A stretch of 64,000 nt of DNA. Source: a virus. The notes under the pieces were generated by a model, which saw only the letters and a list, made by a program, of their open reading frames with translations, was not told where the DNA came from and made no database searches. The stretch lies in the IMG/VR virus record IMGVR_UViG_3300029419_000277; one strand, written 5' to 3'. A program made the position numbers and the translations under genes. Below, in pieces: positions 46,886 to 55,540 of the stretch. The stretch's first letter is position 1. Each line of letters starts with the position of its first letter.

Positions 46886-47824
46886 TTATTTGTTCCGCCA
46901 GGATGCGTTGCCCTCCATGTTCCGCAGAAGGATTTCCCTTGCCGTTGCAAATTCATCCCCGATGAATCCCAGCCTCAGCATCCAGCACCGCATCGCATAC
47001 TTTTCATTGTCGGTCTGCTGGGGCTTTGGGCTTGCCGTCCTGACCATCTTGGCAAGCTGGCTCATTGCGAGGCAAAGCTGGATATAGGCTTTCATCTCAC
47101 CGGCGTGCAGTCCGTTGCGCTTTCCGTCCGCTGGGTCTGCGAATTGGAAAAGGCGGAATTCAATGGTCCCTTTTGTAAAGGTGGCATGGAGGTTCAGCAT
47201 ATGGTACCGGCTTGAATTGTAGTGGGCATTCCGGTTTTCCCAGCTGGAACCGTTGCCTTCGTACCAAATGTCTTCCAGCTTGCGCATGGTGGTCGGCTTC
47301 TCGCGGTTCAGCCGGTCGAGGAAGCGATGGTTGACCACCTGGCAATATTGTCCGGTGCGCCCTGCATCGATTCGGATGGCTCTGCCGATCTGCTGTTCGT
47401 GCGCCGCCATGATATTCACAAGGTTGCGGATGGTCTTTGCGGTGTGGTCGCCTTTGCCGATGTGGATGTGAACCCCGCATCCGCGGCTTGGGCCGCTCTT
47501 TGCGCCTGCCTTTCGGAGCAGCCGGATAATCTCCTGCAAGGTTTCGATGTCGTCGTAGGTGAGGATCGGGGTGACCAGTTCGCATTTTTCTGCGTCCGGT
47601 CCGTAGATGCTCACATCCCTCTGGAATTTCCAAACCCTGCCCTGCTGGTCCTTGCAAGCCCAGCTGTAATATCCGTACTCGCCGGCGGCGTTCCATGCTC
47701 TGGTTCCGAAGTACTCGGCGACCTTTCTTGCCGCTTTTTCTCTGGTGATGTTGTTCATCTCGATCTCAACTCCGATGGTCTGGTTCTTCATGGCTTCAAT
47801 CTGCTCTCTTGTTTTATCGTTCAT
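46886..47824 (-). CDS. putative amidoligase-like (Amidoligase_2-type) protein
   Basis: 312 aa from MNDKTREQIEAMKNQ (AAAGGAGAA RBS); GCGVHIHIG His-rich motif; C-terminal NEKYAMRCWMLRLGF shared with the 48057..49244 product; family assignment from memory. Confidence 0.45.
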   Translation of the reverse strand: MNDKTREQIEAMKNQTIGVEIEMNNITREKAARKVAEYFGTRAWNAAGEYGYYSWACKDQQGRVWKFQRDVSIYGPDAEKCELVTPILTYDDIETLQEIIRLLRKAGAKSGPSRGCGVHIHIGKGDHTAKTIRNLVNIMAAHEQQIGRAIRIDAGRTGQYCQVVNHRFLDRLNREKPTTMRKLEDIWYEGNGSSWENRNAHYNSSRYHMLNLHATFTKGTIEFRLFQFADPADGKRNGLHAGEMKAYIQLCLAMSQLAKMVRTASPKPQQTDNEKYAMRCWMLRLGFIGDEFATAREILLRNMEGNASWRNK

Positions 47825-47871
47825 GGTATGTTCTCCTTTGTTTTTTCCTTGTTTTCCCTTTCGGTATGTGC

Positions 47872-47900
47872 ATATTACCGTCAGGTGCGGATAATAGCAA
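47872..47900 (-). promoter_or_regulatory. early promoter-leader cassette copy G
   Basis: atatta 47872-47877; tagcaa 47895-47900; 17-nt spacer; leader as in copy B. Confidence 0.6.
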
Positions 47901-48056
47901 GGATATAAAAGAACATATATTCGACAAATATAAGGCAGAATGATCGTGTACATTTCTGCAGTTTATCCGCTTGATAATGTACATTTTCAGAGCTAATATC
48001 GGTATAATGGAAGAGGGTCTCGCATATTTTCCGGCCCCCATTGGGGGCTTGGGAGC

Positions 48057-49244
48057 TTACGCTCCCGCCTCCAGCATCTGCGCCGTGTCCGCCCCACAGT
48101 CGGGCTGTGTCGGCTGGTTTTCTTCCTGTTCGACCGTTTCCCCTGTGGCAGGATTGCCGTTCTGTGCGGCTTGTTTCGCGGCTTTCAGGGCATCCCGCTT
48201 TGCCTTTTCCCTTGCAAGGAACTTCTGTGCTTCCTCATCCGTGCGGAAAGCCGCATGGCCAGAAAGGTTCTCCATGAGGATCTTGCGTGTTTCCTTGAAA
48301 TCCGGACCGTTCATGCCCAGCCGCAGGAGCCATGTGCGGAGTGCGTATTTCTCATTCTCATCGTTGACATCCTTTGCTTGGATGCGCTTCTGGCTGATAG
48401 CCTGCTGGTTCATCAGCACCGCCAGCTGTGCGAAAGCCGTCAGGTGTTCGTGGTCCGGTGCAGTCGGGAAACCGGTGAAGATGATCTTCTCGGTGGTGAT
48501 CTTCAAGCCTTCCAGTGCAGCACCATGTTCAGTCTCATAGTCGCTGACCGCGTTGATGAAGTTCATGATGGCAAAGGTGCAGCTATCGTCCTTCAGCTTC
48601 TCGACCAGCCCCTCTTCCACATGGAAGTGTCCGCCAGTCGCCTTGCCGATGAGCTTGCCGCGGCTGTAAAGAAGGTTGACCAGGTTGCGGAGAGTCACAC
48701 CATTGTGCTGGCTGACCGGGAATGCAAGTTCCAAGTCCAGCGGCACTTCTTCCGGCTGGTCTTCTGTCTCCTGCCATTCCTCAACTTCTTGCACTTCTGT
48801 TTCCGGCTCATCCTCTGTGGCATCATCCTCAGCCGTATTGTCCGGCTCCGATGCGTCCTCGGCCTCTGCTTCCGCAGGTTCATCTTCTGCGGTATCTGCA
48901 TCTTCGAGTTCCTGCTCGTCCATAACCTCCGGCTCTGCTTCGGTATCTTCGGTCACAGAATCCTCTTCCAAATGGTCGGTCGGCTCCGTGTTTTCCATCT
49001 GGTCATCCGTGCTCTCAATGCTCTCGCCACCGCGGATCAGACCCTCATTCAGCAGGGTCGTCAGCAGCTCGGCATCTGCATTCTCCGGCTCGACCAGAAG
49101 GTTGCCATCCCGGTCGATGGTGTAGCTCCCGATGTCGTAAGAATACAGAGGTGCTTTGGTATAGTAAGGGTGGATGCCGGTCAGCTCCTCAATGCGTTTT
49201 GCGAGGGTCTTGCGCTCGGCTACGTTCAGTTCAAATTTCAACAT
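48057..49244 (-). CDS. amidoligase-like paralog with a ~100-aa poly-acidic insertion
   Basis: 395 aa; GGHFHVEEG and NEKYALRTWLLRLGMNGPDFKETRKILMENLSGHAAFR match the 46886..47824 product; central D/E/T-rich region. Confidence 0.45.
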   Translation of the reverse strand: MLKFELNVAERKTLAKRIEELTGIHPYYTKAPLYSYDIGSYTIDRDGNLLVEPENADAELLTTLLNEGLIRGGESIESTDDQMENTEPTDHLEEDSVTEDTEAEPEVMDEQELEDADTAEDEPAEAEAEDASEPDNTAEDDATEDEPETEVQEVEEWQETEDQPEEVPLDLELAFPVSQHNGVTLRNLVNLLYSRGKLIGKATGGHFHVEEGLVEKLKDDSCTFAIMNFINAVSDYETEHGAALEGLKITTEKIIFTGFPTAPDHEHLTAFAQLAVLMNQQAISQKRIQAKDVNDENEKYALRTWLLRLGMNGPDFKETRKILMENLSGHAAFRTDEEAQKFLAREKAKRDALKAAKQAAQNGNPATGETVEQEENQPTQPDCGADTAQMLEAGA

Positions 49245-49305
49245 AATTCATCGCTCCTTCTCGTTCATTTGTTTTTGTGCATCCCGATGTTCTTTTCGGT
49301 AGCAC

Positions 49306-49335
49306 ATATATCGCTCTAAACCGGATGAATAGCAA
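49306..49335 (-). promoter_or_regulatory. early promoter-leader cassette copy H (degenerate, 18-nt spacer)
   Basis: tagcaa 49330-49335; atatat 49306-49311; upstream ATAGCAAGGCCAT as in copy F; leader accgaaaagaacatcgggatgcac..gagaaggagcgatgaattATG. Confidence 0.45.
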
Positions 49336-49467
49336 GGCCATTTCCCGATATTCTTCATGTTCGACCATTTACACAAGGGACTGCGAAATCTGTTGTGTAA
49401 ATAGGACCAATATGTAAGCCCACCATATCACCAGGTCGATTTCTACCTAGTAATATAGCGGGCCAGT

Positions 49468-51726
49468 TTATTCTTCCGGACCTGCGCACCAAGCGATGCC
49501 AGCCAGAACAAAAAATGCGTTGGCTAAACAAATGCCGTTGCCCCAGATACGGTACTCTGCCGAATCCGTATACGGGTCAGCCAGCCATTTCCGGATCTGC
49601 TTCTCCGTTTTCGGCTTCTTGGCATGGGTCACGATCTTGCGATGCGTTTCAAACACATCCGCCCAGAACGCCAGATCTTCTTCGGTCGGATCTTCCGTTC
49701 CAAGATCTCTGCACCACCAGTCCGGAAAGCCCTGCAGTCTGGCGCACTCGGTCGGTGTCAGACGGCGTACAGTGTAAGTCACAGGTGCGGGCTGTGCTTC
49801 CGGATTGTCGATGACCAGACGGTCATTGAAAGCATCCTGCCCGTTGAAGCCGCTGGGATGCGCCCCGGTTGCCACCGTTCCCATGACACCCTCGTTCAGA
49901 TGCGGCACCGGTGCGATGGTGGTCGGGTCTTTGTAATCCCGCGCCATCAGGGTCGGTGCGACTTCTTTTGCCACCTGCATATAGGAGCCGGTGGTCATGG
50001 CATACACATCCTCCGGTGCACAGACCGCATGGCGGTCAGTGGCATCCAGTGTAAAGCAGACATCCTCATTGACGCCATCCCCCTGCGGACCGTTCTCATC
50101 CTTGCGGCCGATCATGTTGCCCTGCAGAACGAAGGTCTGCATCTGATCACTCCGGGTCGCCATCAAAGCGCCGGACTTGCCATGCAGGTCGATCAGCTCA
50201 TTGCGCTGGTTCACATGGAAGGCAGTCACCTCTTCCGGCTGTGCCACAAAGGTCTGCTGCTTCATCCCCGGCTCTGCTGCCAGTGCCGCTGACTTCTCTC
50301 CTAGATCCCGGACTTCATCCCTCTGATTCTGGGTAAAGGCGACCGGCTCTACCACACAGATACCACCCTGATTACAGGTCGGGTCGCCACCACTGCGGTC
50401 CAGTGTCCGGGATGTCTCCGCTTCATAGAAACCGCTGTGCGGATTGTCGGACATCATGGAATGACTGGCTTTAGAGCAGACACCATAACATTTCGGAACG
50501 AACAGTGTCTGATCATTGTTGCAGCCGAGGGTAGCTGACTTTTCTTCCTGCCAGATGGCTCCCTTGCCGCCGCCTTCACACCCGGAACGGATCTTCAGTG
50601 TGACTGCCGGGGAGTTTTCAACTTCTTTCACCGGACTTTCCACTGGATTTTCAACAGCGTCCATGACCATCGGGACATTACCGCCGCCTGTACCGCACCG
50701 GCTTGTCAGTGTCTGTACCTTACCATCCTCGGAAATCTTCACCCGACTGTCAGCAGGATGATTCTCCAGTGCGATGGCAGCAGGCACGACACCAGCCCGG
50801 AGGGTCGGTGACCGCTCTTCCTCGTATCCAATGCTTCTGGCATCTGCGGAATGCTCGGTACAGAAACCGGCGGCTTCCAGAACACAGGGCTGATGCCCAT
50901 GCTCCTCTGCCCGGAGGGTTCCGGTCACATCCTGGGAAACATCCATCTGCTTACCGCCCTGGTCGTTCAGACAGATTCGTCCTCCTGCTCCGCTGAAGCC
51001 TGCCTCTCCAGTGCCGCTTTCAGCACCGGCGGCAGCTCTTTGCCACGCACGGAAGCCCTCCGCAGAATACCGAGACACGCCTTCGGACTCAAATAATATC
51101 TTTGGGGCACTCTGGTCTGCAAAATCTGCGACAAGGTAGATGCGTTTTCTTCTTTGGGGAACGCCCCACCATTGTGCATCAAGAACTCGATATGCGACGC
51201 TCCATCCGTCTCCCACATAGTAGTCGGCGTCTGGCCATCCTTTCTTCTCAGGCGCAGGCACCGTGGCGGCCGGTTCTTTAACACCGATGACGGCTTCGAG
51301 GACTGCTTTGAAGTCCTGTCCTTTGTTTGAGGAAAAGGCCCCTGGCACATTCTCCCACACGATAAATCTTGGTTTTTCTCCATTGGTCTTACACCTCATT
51401 TCCTTCACGATTCGGATTGCTTCGTAAAACAGACTGGACCGTGAACCATCCAGACCGTCCCGCTTACCGGCGATGGACATATCCTGACAGGGACTGCCAA
51501 AGGTGATGATGTCCACTGGCGGCAGGTCCGCACCGCTGATGGCAGATACATCTCCGTAATGCTTCACCTGCGGCAGACGCTTCGTCGTGACCCGGATGGC
51601 AAACGGCTCGATCTCACTGCTCCACACAGGAGTGATCTGCCCGGTTAAAAGACCGCCCAATGGAAAACCCCCGGAGCCATCGAAGAGGCTGCCGAGGGTC
51701 AAAGTCTTATTCTGTTCTGTGCTCAT
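49468..51726 (-). CDS. DNA (cytosine-5)-methyltransferase with an extended variable region (possibly multispecific)
   Basis: 752 aa; motifs I (LFDGSGG), IV (GSPCQDMS), VI (ENVPG), VIII (QRRKR), then ~380 aa of variable region before RRLTPTECARLQGFPDWW (IX/X). Confidence 0.85.
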   Translation of the reverse strand: MSTEQNKTLTLGSLFDGSGGFPLGGLLTGQITPVWSSEIEPFAIRVTTKRLPQVKHYGDVSAISGADLPPVDIITFGSPCQDMSIAGKRDGLDGSRSSLFYEAIRIVKEMRCKTNGEKPRFIVWENVPGAFSSNKGQDFKAVLEAVIGVKEPAATVPAPEKKGWPDADYYVGDGWSVAYRVLDAQWWGVPQRRKRIYLVADFADQSAPKILFESEGVSRYSAEGFRAWQRAAAGAESGTGEAGFSGAGGRICLNDQGGKQMDVSQDVTGTLRAEEHGHQPCVLEAAGFCTEHSADARSIGYEEERSPTLRAGVVPAAIALENHPADSRVKISEDGKVQTLTSRCGTGGGNVPMVMDAVENPVESPVKEVENSPAVTLKIRSGCEGGGKGAIWQEEKSATLGCNNDQTLFVPKCYGVCSKASHSMMSDNPHSGFYEAETSRTLDRSGGDPTCNQGGICVVEPVAFTQNQRDEVRDLGEKSAALAAEPGMKQQTFVAQPEEVTAFHVNQRNELIDLHGKSGALMATRSDQMQTFVLQGNMIGRKDENGPQGDGVNEDVCFTLDATDRHAVCAPEDVYAMTTGSYMQVAKEVAPTLMARDYKDPTTIAPVPHLNEGVMGTVATGAHPSGFNGQDAFNDRLVIDNPEAQPAPVTYTVRRLTPTECARLQGFPDWWCRDLGTEDPTEEDLAFWADVFETHRKIVTHAKKPKTEKQIRKWLADPYTDSAEYRIWGNGICLANAFFVLAGIAWCAGPEE

Positions 51727-52496
51727 GCGGAAGCCTCCTCTCCGAGCATCTGCTCATTTGCTTTCCGGTAAAAATCTCTGGACACTTCAAATCCATAGCT
51801 GTTGCGCCCCAGTTCTCTTGCTGCTCTCAGCGTGGAGCCGCTGCCGGCGCAGGGGTCAATGACCACATCGCCCTCATCTGTAAAGGTCTCGATCAGTCGT
51901 TTCAGCACAGAGATCGGCTTCTGGGAGGGATGGATCTTCGGATATTCCTTGCCATCCCGCTTCCAGTCAAACCAGTTGAAGATCATGTGGGGCTTTCCGT
52001 CCTCACCGAGATTGCGGAACTTCGGGAGCTTGCCCCGATACAGAACCAGCGCATACTCCGTTGCACCTACGATCTTCATGTTGGCCTTTAAGACCTGCGG
52101 ACTGTAGTTCTTGCAGAACACCAGCGGGATATAATTCTTGAAGCCGTATTTTTCCGCTTCGGTGATCACCTTCGGGATCTGCTGGAACGCACAGAACACG
52201 ATCATGCACGGCGCATCCTTCTCTCCTGTGCCGGGTTCTTTCTTCAGCAGGCGGTTGCAGAAGTGGAAATACTCTGCAATGTTGAACGTGAAGTCGGTAT
52301 TGAACGCCGCCTTCCTCGCCTTTCTGCTCTCCCCGTTTTTGTTGTCGCCATCCACATACCAGTCCGGCCGGCTGGCGTAGAAGTCCGTACCGATGTTGTA
52401 CGGAATATCTGCGATCACCAGCTGTGCCTTGGGGATGTTATAGGACTTGAAGTTCTGGAAGTTGTCGTGGATGAGGACGCATTTCACATCAGGCAT
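51723..52496 (-). CDS. N6-adenine/N4-cytosine DNA methyltransferase (beta-class)
   Basis: 257 aa; DIPY (DPPY-type) motif then HPSQKP and VIDPCAGSGST. Confidence 0.8.
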   Translation of the reverse strand: MPDVKCVLIHDNFQNFKSYNIPKAQLVIADIPYNIGTDFYASRPDWYVDGDNKNGESRKARKAAFNTDFTFNIAEYFHFCNRLLKKEPGTGEKDAPCMIVFCAFQQIPKVITEAEKYGFKNYIPLVFCKNYSPQVLKANMKIVGATEYALVLYRGKLPKFRNLGEDGKPHMIFNWFDWKRDGKEYPKIHPSQKPISVLKRLIETFTDEGDVVIDPCAGSGSTLRAARELGRNSYGFEVSRDFYRKANEQMLGEEASA

Positions 52497-53757
52497 CGGT
52501 ATCCTCGCTTTCCGGCTCGAAGGTCGCTACTTCCTCGAACTTCAGTTTCTGGCCGTCACGGATGACATACACATCATCGAAGTGACCATCATTGTGTTCG
52601 ATGTACCGCTTCACGATTACATCCACAAACTTCGGGTCCAGCTCGATACCCCGGCACACACGGTCGGTCTCTTCACAGGCGATCAGGGTCGAGCCGCTTC
52701 CAAGGAACGGATCAAGGACGATGCCGTTGGTCATGGTTGAATTGCGGATCGGATAGCTCATCAGACCGATGGGCTTCATGGTCGGATGGTCCTTGTTGGA
52801 CTTCGGCCGGTCATACTCCCAGATGGTCGTCTGCTTGCGGTCGGAATACCACTGGTGCTTCCCCTTCTGCTTCCAGCCGTAGAGACACGGTTCGTGCTGC
52901 CACTGGTAAGGACTGCGGCCCAGCACCAGCGCATTCTTCTTCCAGATACAGCACCCGGACAGGTAGAACCCGGCATCCTTGAATGCCTTTCTAAAGTTCA
53001 GCCCTTCCGTATCTGCATGGAAGATGTAGATGGAACCGTCGTCTGAAAGATGGTCGTGCATCTGCTGGAACGCTGCCAGCAGGAACTGGTAGAATTCCGA
53101 ATCGCCCATATTGTCATTCATGATCTTACCGGCAGTCTCTTCCACATCCACGTTATAAGGGGGATCGGAAAGGACCAGATTTGCCTTGGTTCCGTCCATC
53201 AGGGTGTCGTAGCATTCTGCTTTGGTGGAATCACCGCACAGAACGATGTGCTTTCCCAGATGCCAGAGGTCACCATCTTTGGAAAAGCATGGCTGCTTCA
53301 GCTCGGATTCCACATCGAAGTCATCTTCCTTGACCTCTTTGCTGTGGACTTTGTTGAACAGCGTCTCAATCTCCGGCGGCTCAAAGCCGGTCTTACCAAG
53401 GTCGAAGTTGGAATCCTCGATGTCCTTCAAAAGATCAGCCAGCAGAGAATCATCCCATGCACCCGTAATCTTATTGAGCGCAATGTTCAGGGCTTTCTCC
53501 CTGGTCTTGTCGATGTCCACCACCGCACAAGGCACTTCGGTGTAGCCCAGCTCCATCGCTACGGTCAATCTCTGGTGGCCGCCGATGATTGTCATATCGG
53601 CATTGACCACCAAAGGATCTGCGAACCCGAACTCCGTGATGGAGTTCTTGATCTTCTCGTACTCTTTATCCCCCGGCTTCAGCTTCTTCCGGGGATTGTA
53701 TGCGGCCGGCTTGAGTACGGACACCGGCAGCATCTTCAGTTCAGCAGTCGCTTTCAT
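52489..53757 (-). CDS. ParB-like nuclease domain fused to an N6/N4 DNA methyltransferase
   Basis: 422 aa from MKATAELKMLPVSVLKPAAYNPR (AGGAGGAG RBS); ParB/Srx N-domain; SDPPYNV, HPTMKP, VLDPFLGSGST. Confidence 0.8.
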   Translation of the reverse strand: MKATAELKMLPVSVLKPAAYNPRKKLKPGDKEYEKIKNSITEFGFADPLVVNADMTIIGGHQRLTVAMELGYTEVPCAVVDIDKTREKALNIALNKITGAWDDSLLADLLKDIEDSNFDLGKTGFEPPEIETLFNKVHSKEVKEDDFDVESELKQPCFSKDGDLWHLGKHIVLCGDSTKAECYDTLMDGTKANLVLSDPPYNVDVEETAGKIMNDNMGDSEFYQFLLAAFQQMHDHLSDDGSIYIFHADTEGLNFRKAFKDAGFYLSGCCIWKKNALVLGRSPYQWQHEPCLYGWKQKGKHQWYSDRKQTTIWEYDRPKSNKDHPTMKPIGLMSYPIRNSTMTNGIVLDPFLGSGSTLIACEETDRVCRGIELDPKFVDVIVKRYIEHNDGHFDDVYVIRDGQKLKFEEVATFEPESEDTDA

Positions 53758-53779
53758 GTAGGCTCCTCCTAATTCAGAT

Positions 53780-53998
53780 TCACATGCGCATGACCCCGGA
53801 GAAGGGCACGAAAAAGGAGCCGAACAAAAAGCCCGACTCCATTTCATCTCCATCTTCCTGCGGCTGTTCAGCCATCTCGCACCATTCCGGTTTTTCCCCG
53901 TTCACAGATGCCAGCACCTTATCTTCCGCATCGTCAATCGCATGTACACAGATACCCCCGGTGTTGAACATCGGAAACATACCGATAATCTTACTCAT
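53780..53998 (-). CDS. small hypothetical protein (72 aa)
   Basis: Start MSKIIGMF with GAAGGGAG 9 nt upstream. Confidence 0.45.
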   Translation of the reverse strand: MSKIIGMFPMFNTGGICVHAIDDAEDKVLASVNGEKPEWCEMAEQPQEDGDEMESGFLFGSFFVPFSGVMRM

Positions 53999-54485
53999 CC
54001 TCATCCACTCCCTTCATCCCGTATCGATAATCCCAGTAACAATTCAGACTGCAAAACTTCCGCTGCCGTTTTCCTTCATCTACGGCATGGAACTCCCTTC
54101 CACAGTTTTTACAGACCGCGATCCGAAAAGACTTATGCTGCCTGTAATATTCCTCCCGGCAAGCTGGAGAACAGAACCGTCTCCGACCACTGTTCCCTCT
54201 CTGCACGAGAATCCGTCCGCACACTGGACAGCGCCGTTCCCCCGACCCATCCGGTGGCTGTAACTGGCAGCTCCCCGTTTCCGGCAGGCCCAGTTCCCGG
54301 CAGTAATCCGTGACCTGTTCCAAAGAAAGCCCGGTGTTTTCTGCGATCTCCACACATCCAAACCCGGCAAGCCGCTGGCTTCGGACTTCTTCTCTCTCCG
54401 GGCGGTACTCATAGCCCTCAAACACACAGTCCAGCCGGACACCGTTCTTTACCACATCACGCTCTATGTTCAGCGGTCCTTCCAT
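53991..54485 (-). CDS. sigma-70 region-4-like HTH protein with two C-terminal zinc ribbons
   Basis: 164 aa; HTH RLAGFGCVEIAENTGLSLEQVTDYCRELGL; zinc ribbons CPVCGR..RRRFCSPAC and CKNCGREF..RKFCSLNC. Confidence 0.5.
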   Translation of the reverse strand: MEGPLNIERDVVKNGVRLDCVFEGYEYRPEREEVRSQRLAGFGCVEIAENTGLSLEQVTDYCRELGLPETGSCQLQPPDGSGERRCPVCGRILVQRGNSGRRRFCSPACREEYYRQHKSFRIAVCKNCGREFHAVDEGKRQRKFCSLNCYWDYRYGMKGVDEDE

Positions 54486-54777
54486 TTGCATCGCCCTCCT
54501 TCCAGCGTCCTTTGTTTGCACAGGCACGGCTGCAATATTTCCGTTCCAGACCATACTGGTGCCGGTAGGAAAACTCCCTGCCGCACACCGGACAGATCTT
54601 TGACCGCACGGTCTTCCAGTTCTCTGGTTTCGGGTGGGTGTTGTTCCACCGTGACCGGCATTCCGGTGAGCAGAACTTCCGTGGTCTGCCTTTATGGTTT
54701 GGTACGATTGCCGTACCGCACTGAGGGCAGAAGGAAAAAGCCATGTCCCTGATCATCTCAGCCGTGTAATCTTCCAT
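54457..54777 (-). CDS. tandem zinc-ribbon protein (same CxxCG...RKFCSxxC motif)
   Basis: 106 aa; CPQCG..RPRKFCSPECR and CPVCGREF..RKYCSRAC. Confidence 0.5.
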   Translation of the reverse strand: MEDYTAEMIRDMAFSFCPQCGTAIVPNHKGRPRKFCSPECRSRWNNTHPKPENWKTVRSKICPVCGREFSYRHQYGLERKYCSRACANKGRWKEGDANGRTAEHRA

Positions 54778-55177
54778 CTGCCCTCACCTCACTCTCATTT
54801 TTCGCCGTTTCTTCGGCGGTTTCTTAGAAAAATCTCATAATTCATGCGAAAAGCGGCGAAGTGGAAATCGGCACTGCCCCGCCAAGTTGGATCGTTGTTG
54901 CGGCGGCCGATTCCCGCTCGCCCCTGCTCCTCCCGGAACAAGCTAAAATGTGCGAAAGCTCCCTGTTTACGAGAGGTTTCACACACTTTGGTTCATTTCG
55001 GGGAAAAAGAATGGCACCGGAACGAAAGCTCCGATGCCTGTACATTTTCCTGTTTCATTTTGCGCCGTTATTCCTCTGACCCCCGGCCTATGAATTTTGC
55101 GGTTTTTCACGCAAAAGGGGCCACCGGTCTCCGTGTGACTTCACTGTAGAGAAGTGACCCCGGCCCCGGTGGGGGTG

Positions 55178-55537
55178 TCAGTAGGTGTAGGTCGGGTTGA
55201 TGTCCTCGGTCAGCGTCTTCTTATCGTGGCAGCTCTTACAGAGCGACTGCCAGTTGTTCTGGTCCCAGAAAAGTTTCTGGTCACCACGGTGCGGAATGAT
55301 GTGATCCACCACCGTTGCCCGGACGTACTTGCCTTGCTTGGCACACTGCACACAGAGCGGATGTGCTTCCAGATACGACTTTCTGGCTTTCTGCCACCGT
55401 CTGTTGTATCCACGCTTCGCTGCCGGACGGGTGACTTCCGGGTGGAGAGGCAGGTGCTTCTCACAGTAGAGCCGGCCGGCTTCCACCAGCTCCGGGCAGC
55501 CGGGATGACGGCACGGTGTCTTTGGTCTGTACGGCAT
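55178..55537 (-). CDS. HNH endonuclease
   Basis: 119 aa; CVQC..DHIIPHRGD..LFWDQNNWQSLCKSCHDKKT. Confidence 0.8.
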   Translation of the reverse strand: MPYRPKTPCRHPGCPELVEAGRLYCEKHLPLHPEVTRPAAKRGYNRRWQKARKSYLEAHPLCVQCAKQGKYVRATVVDHIIPHRGDQKLFWDQNNWQSLCKSCHDKKTLTEDINPTYTY

Positions 55538-55540
55538 GGG

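Noticed and set aside
41338-47953. ORF-track N-terminal extensions beginning MTVIYS.. / ..TVICTYRKGK.. on several early genes (42253..42759, 43493..43744, 41338..41559, 46886..47953, 47814..48041)
   Set aside because: These peptides are the conceptual translation of the repeated promoter-leader cassette. Real starts with Shine-Dalgarno sites lie downstream of the cassette.
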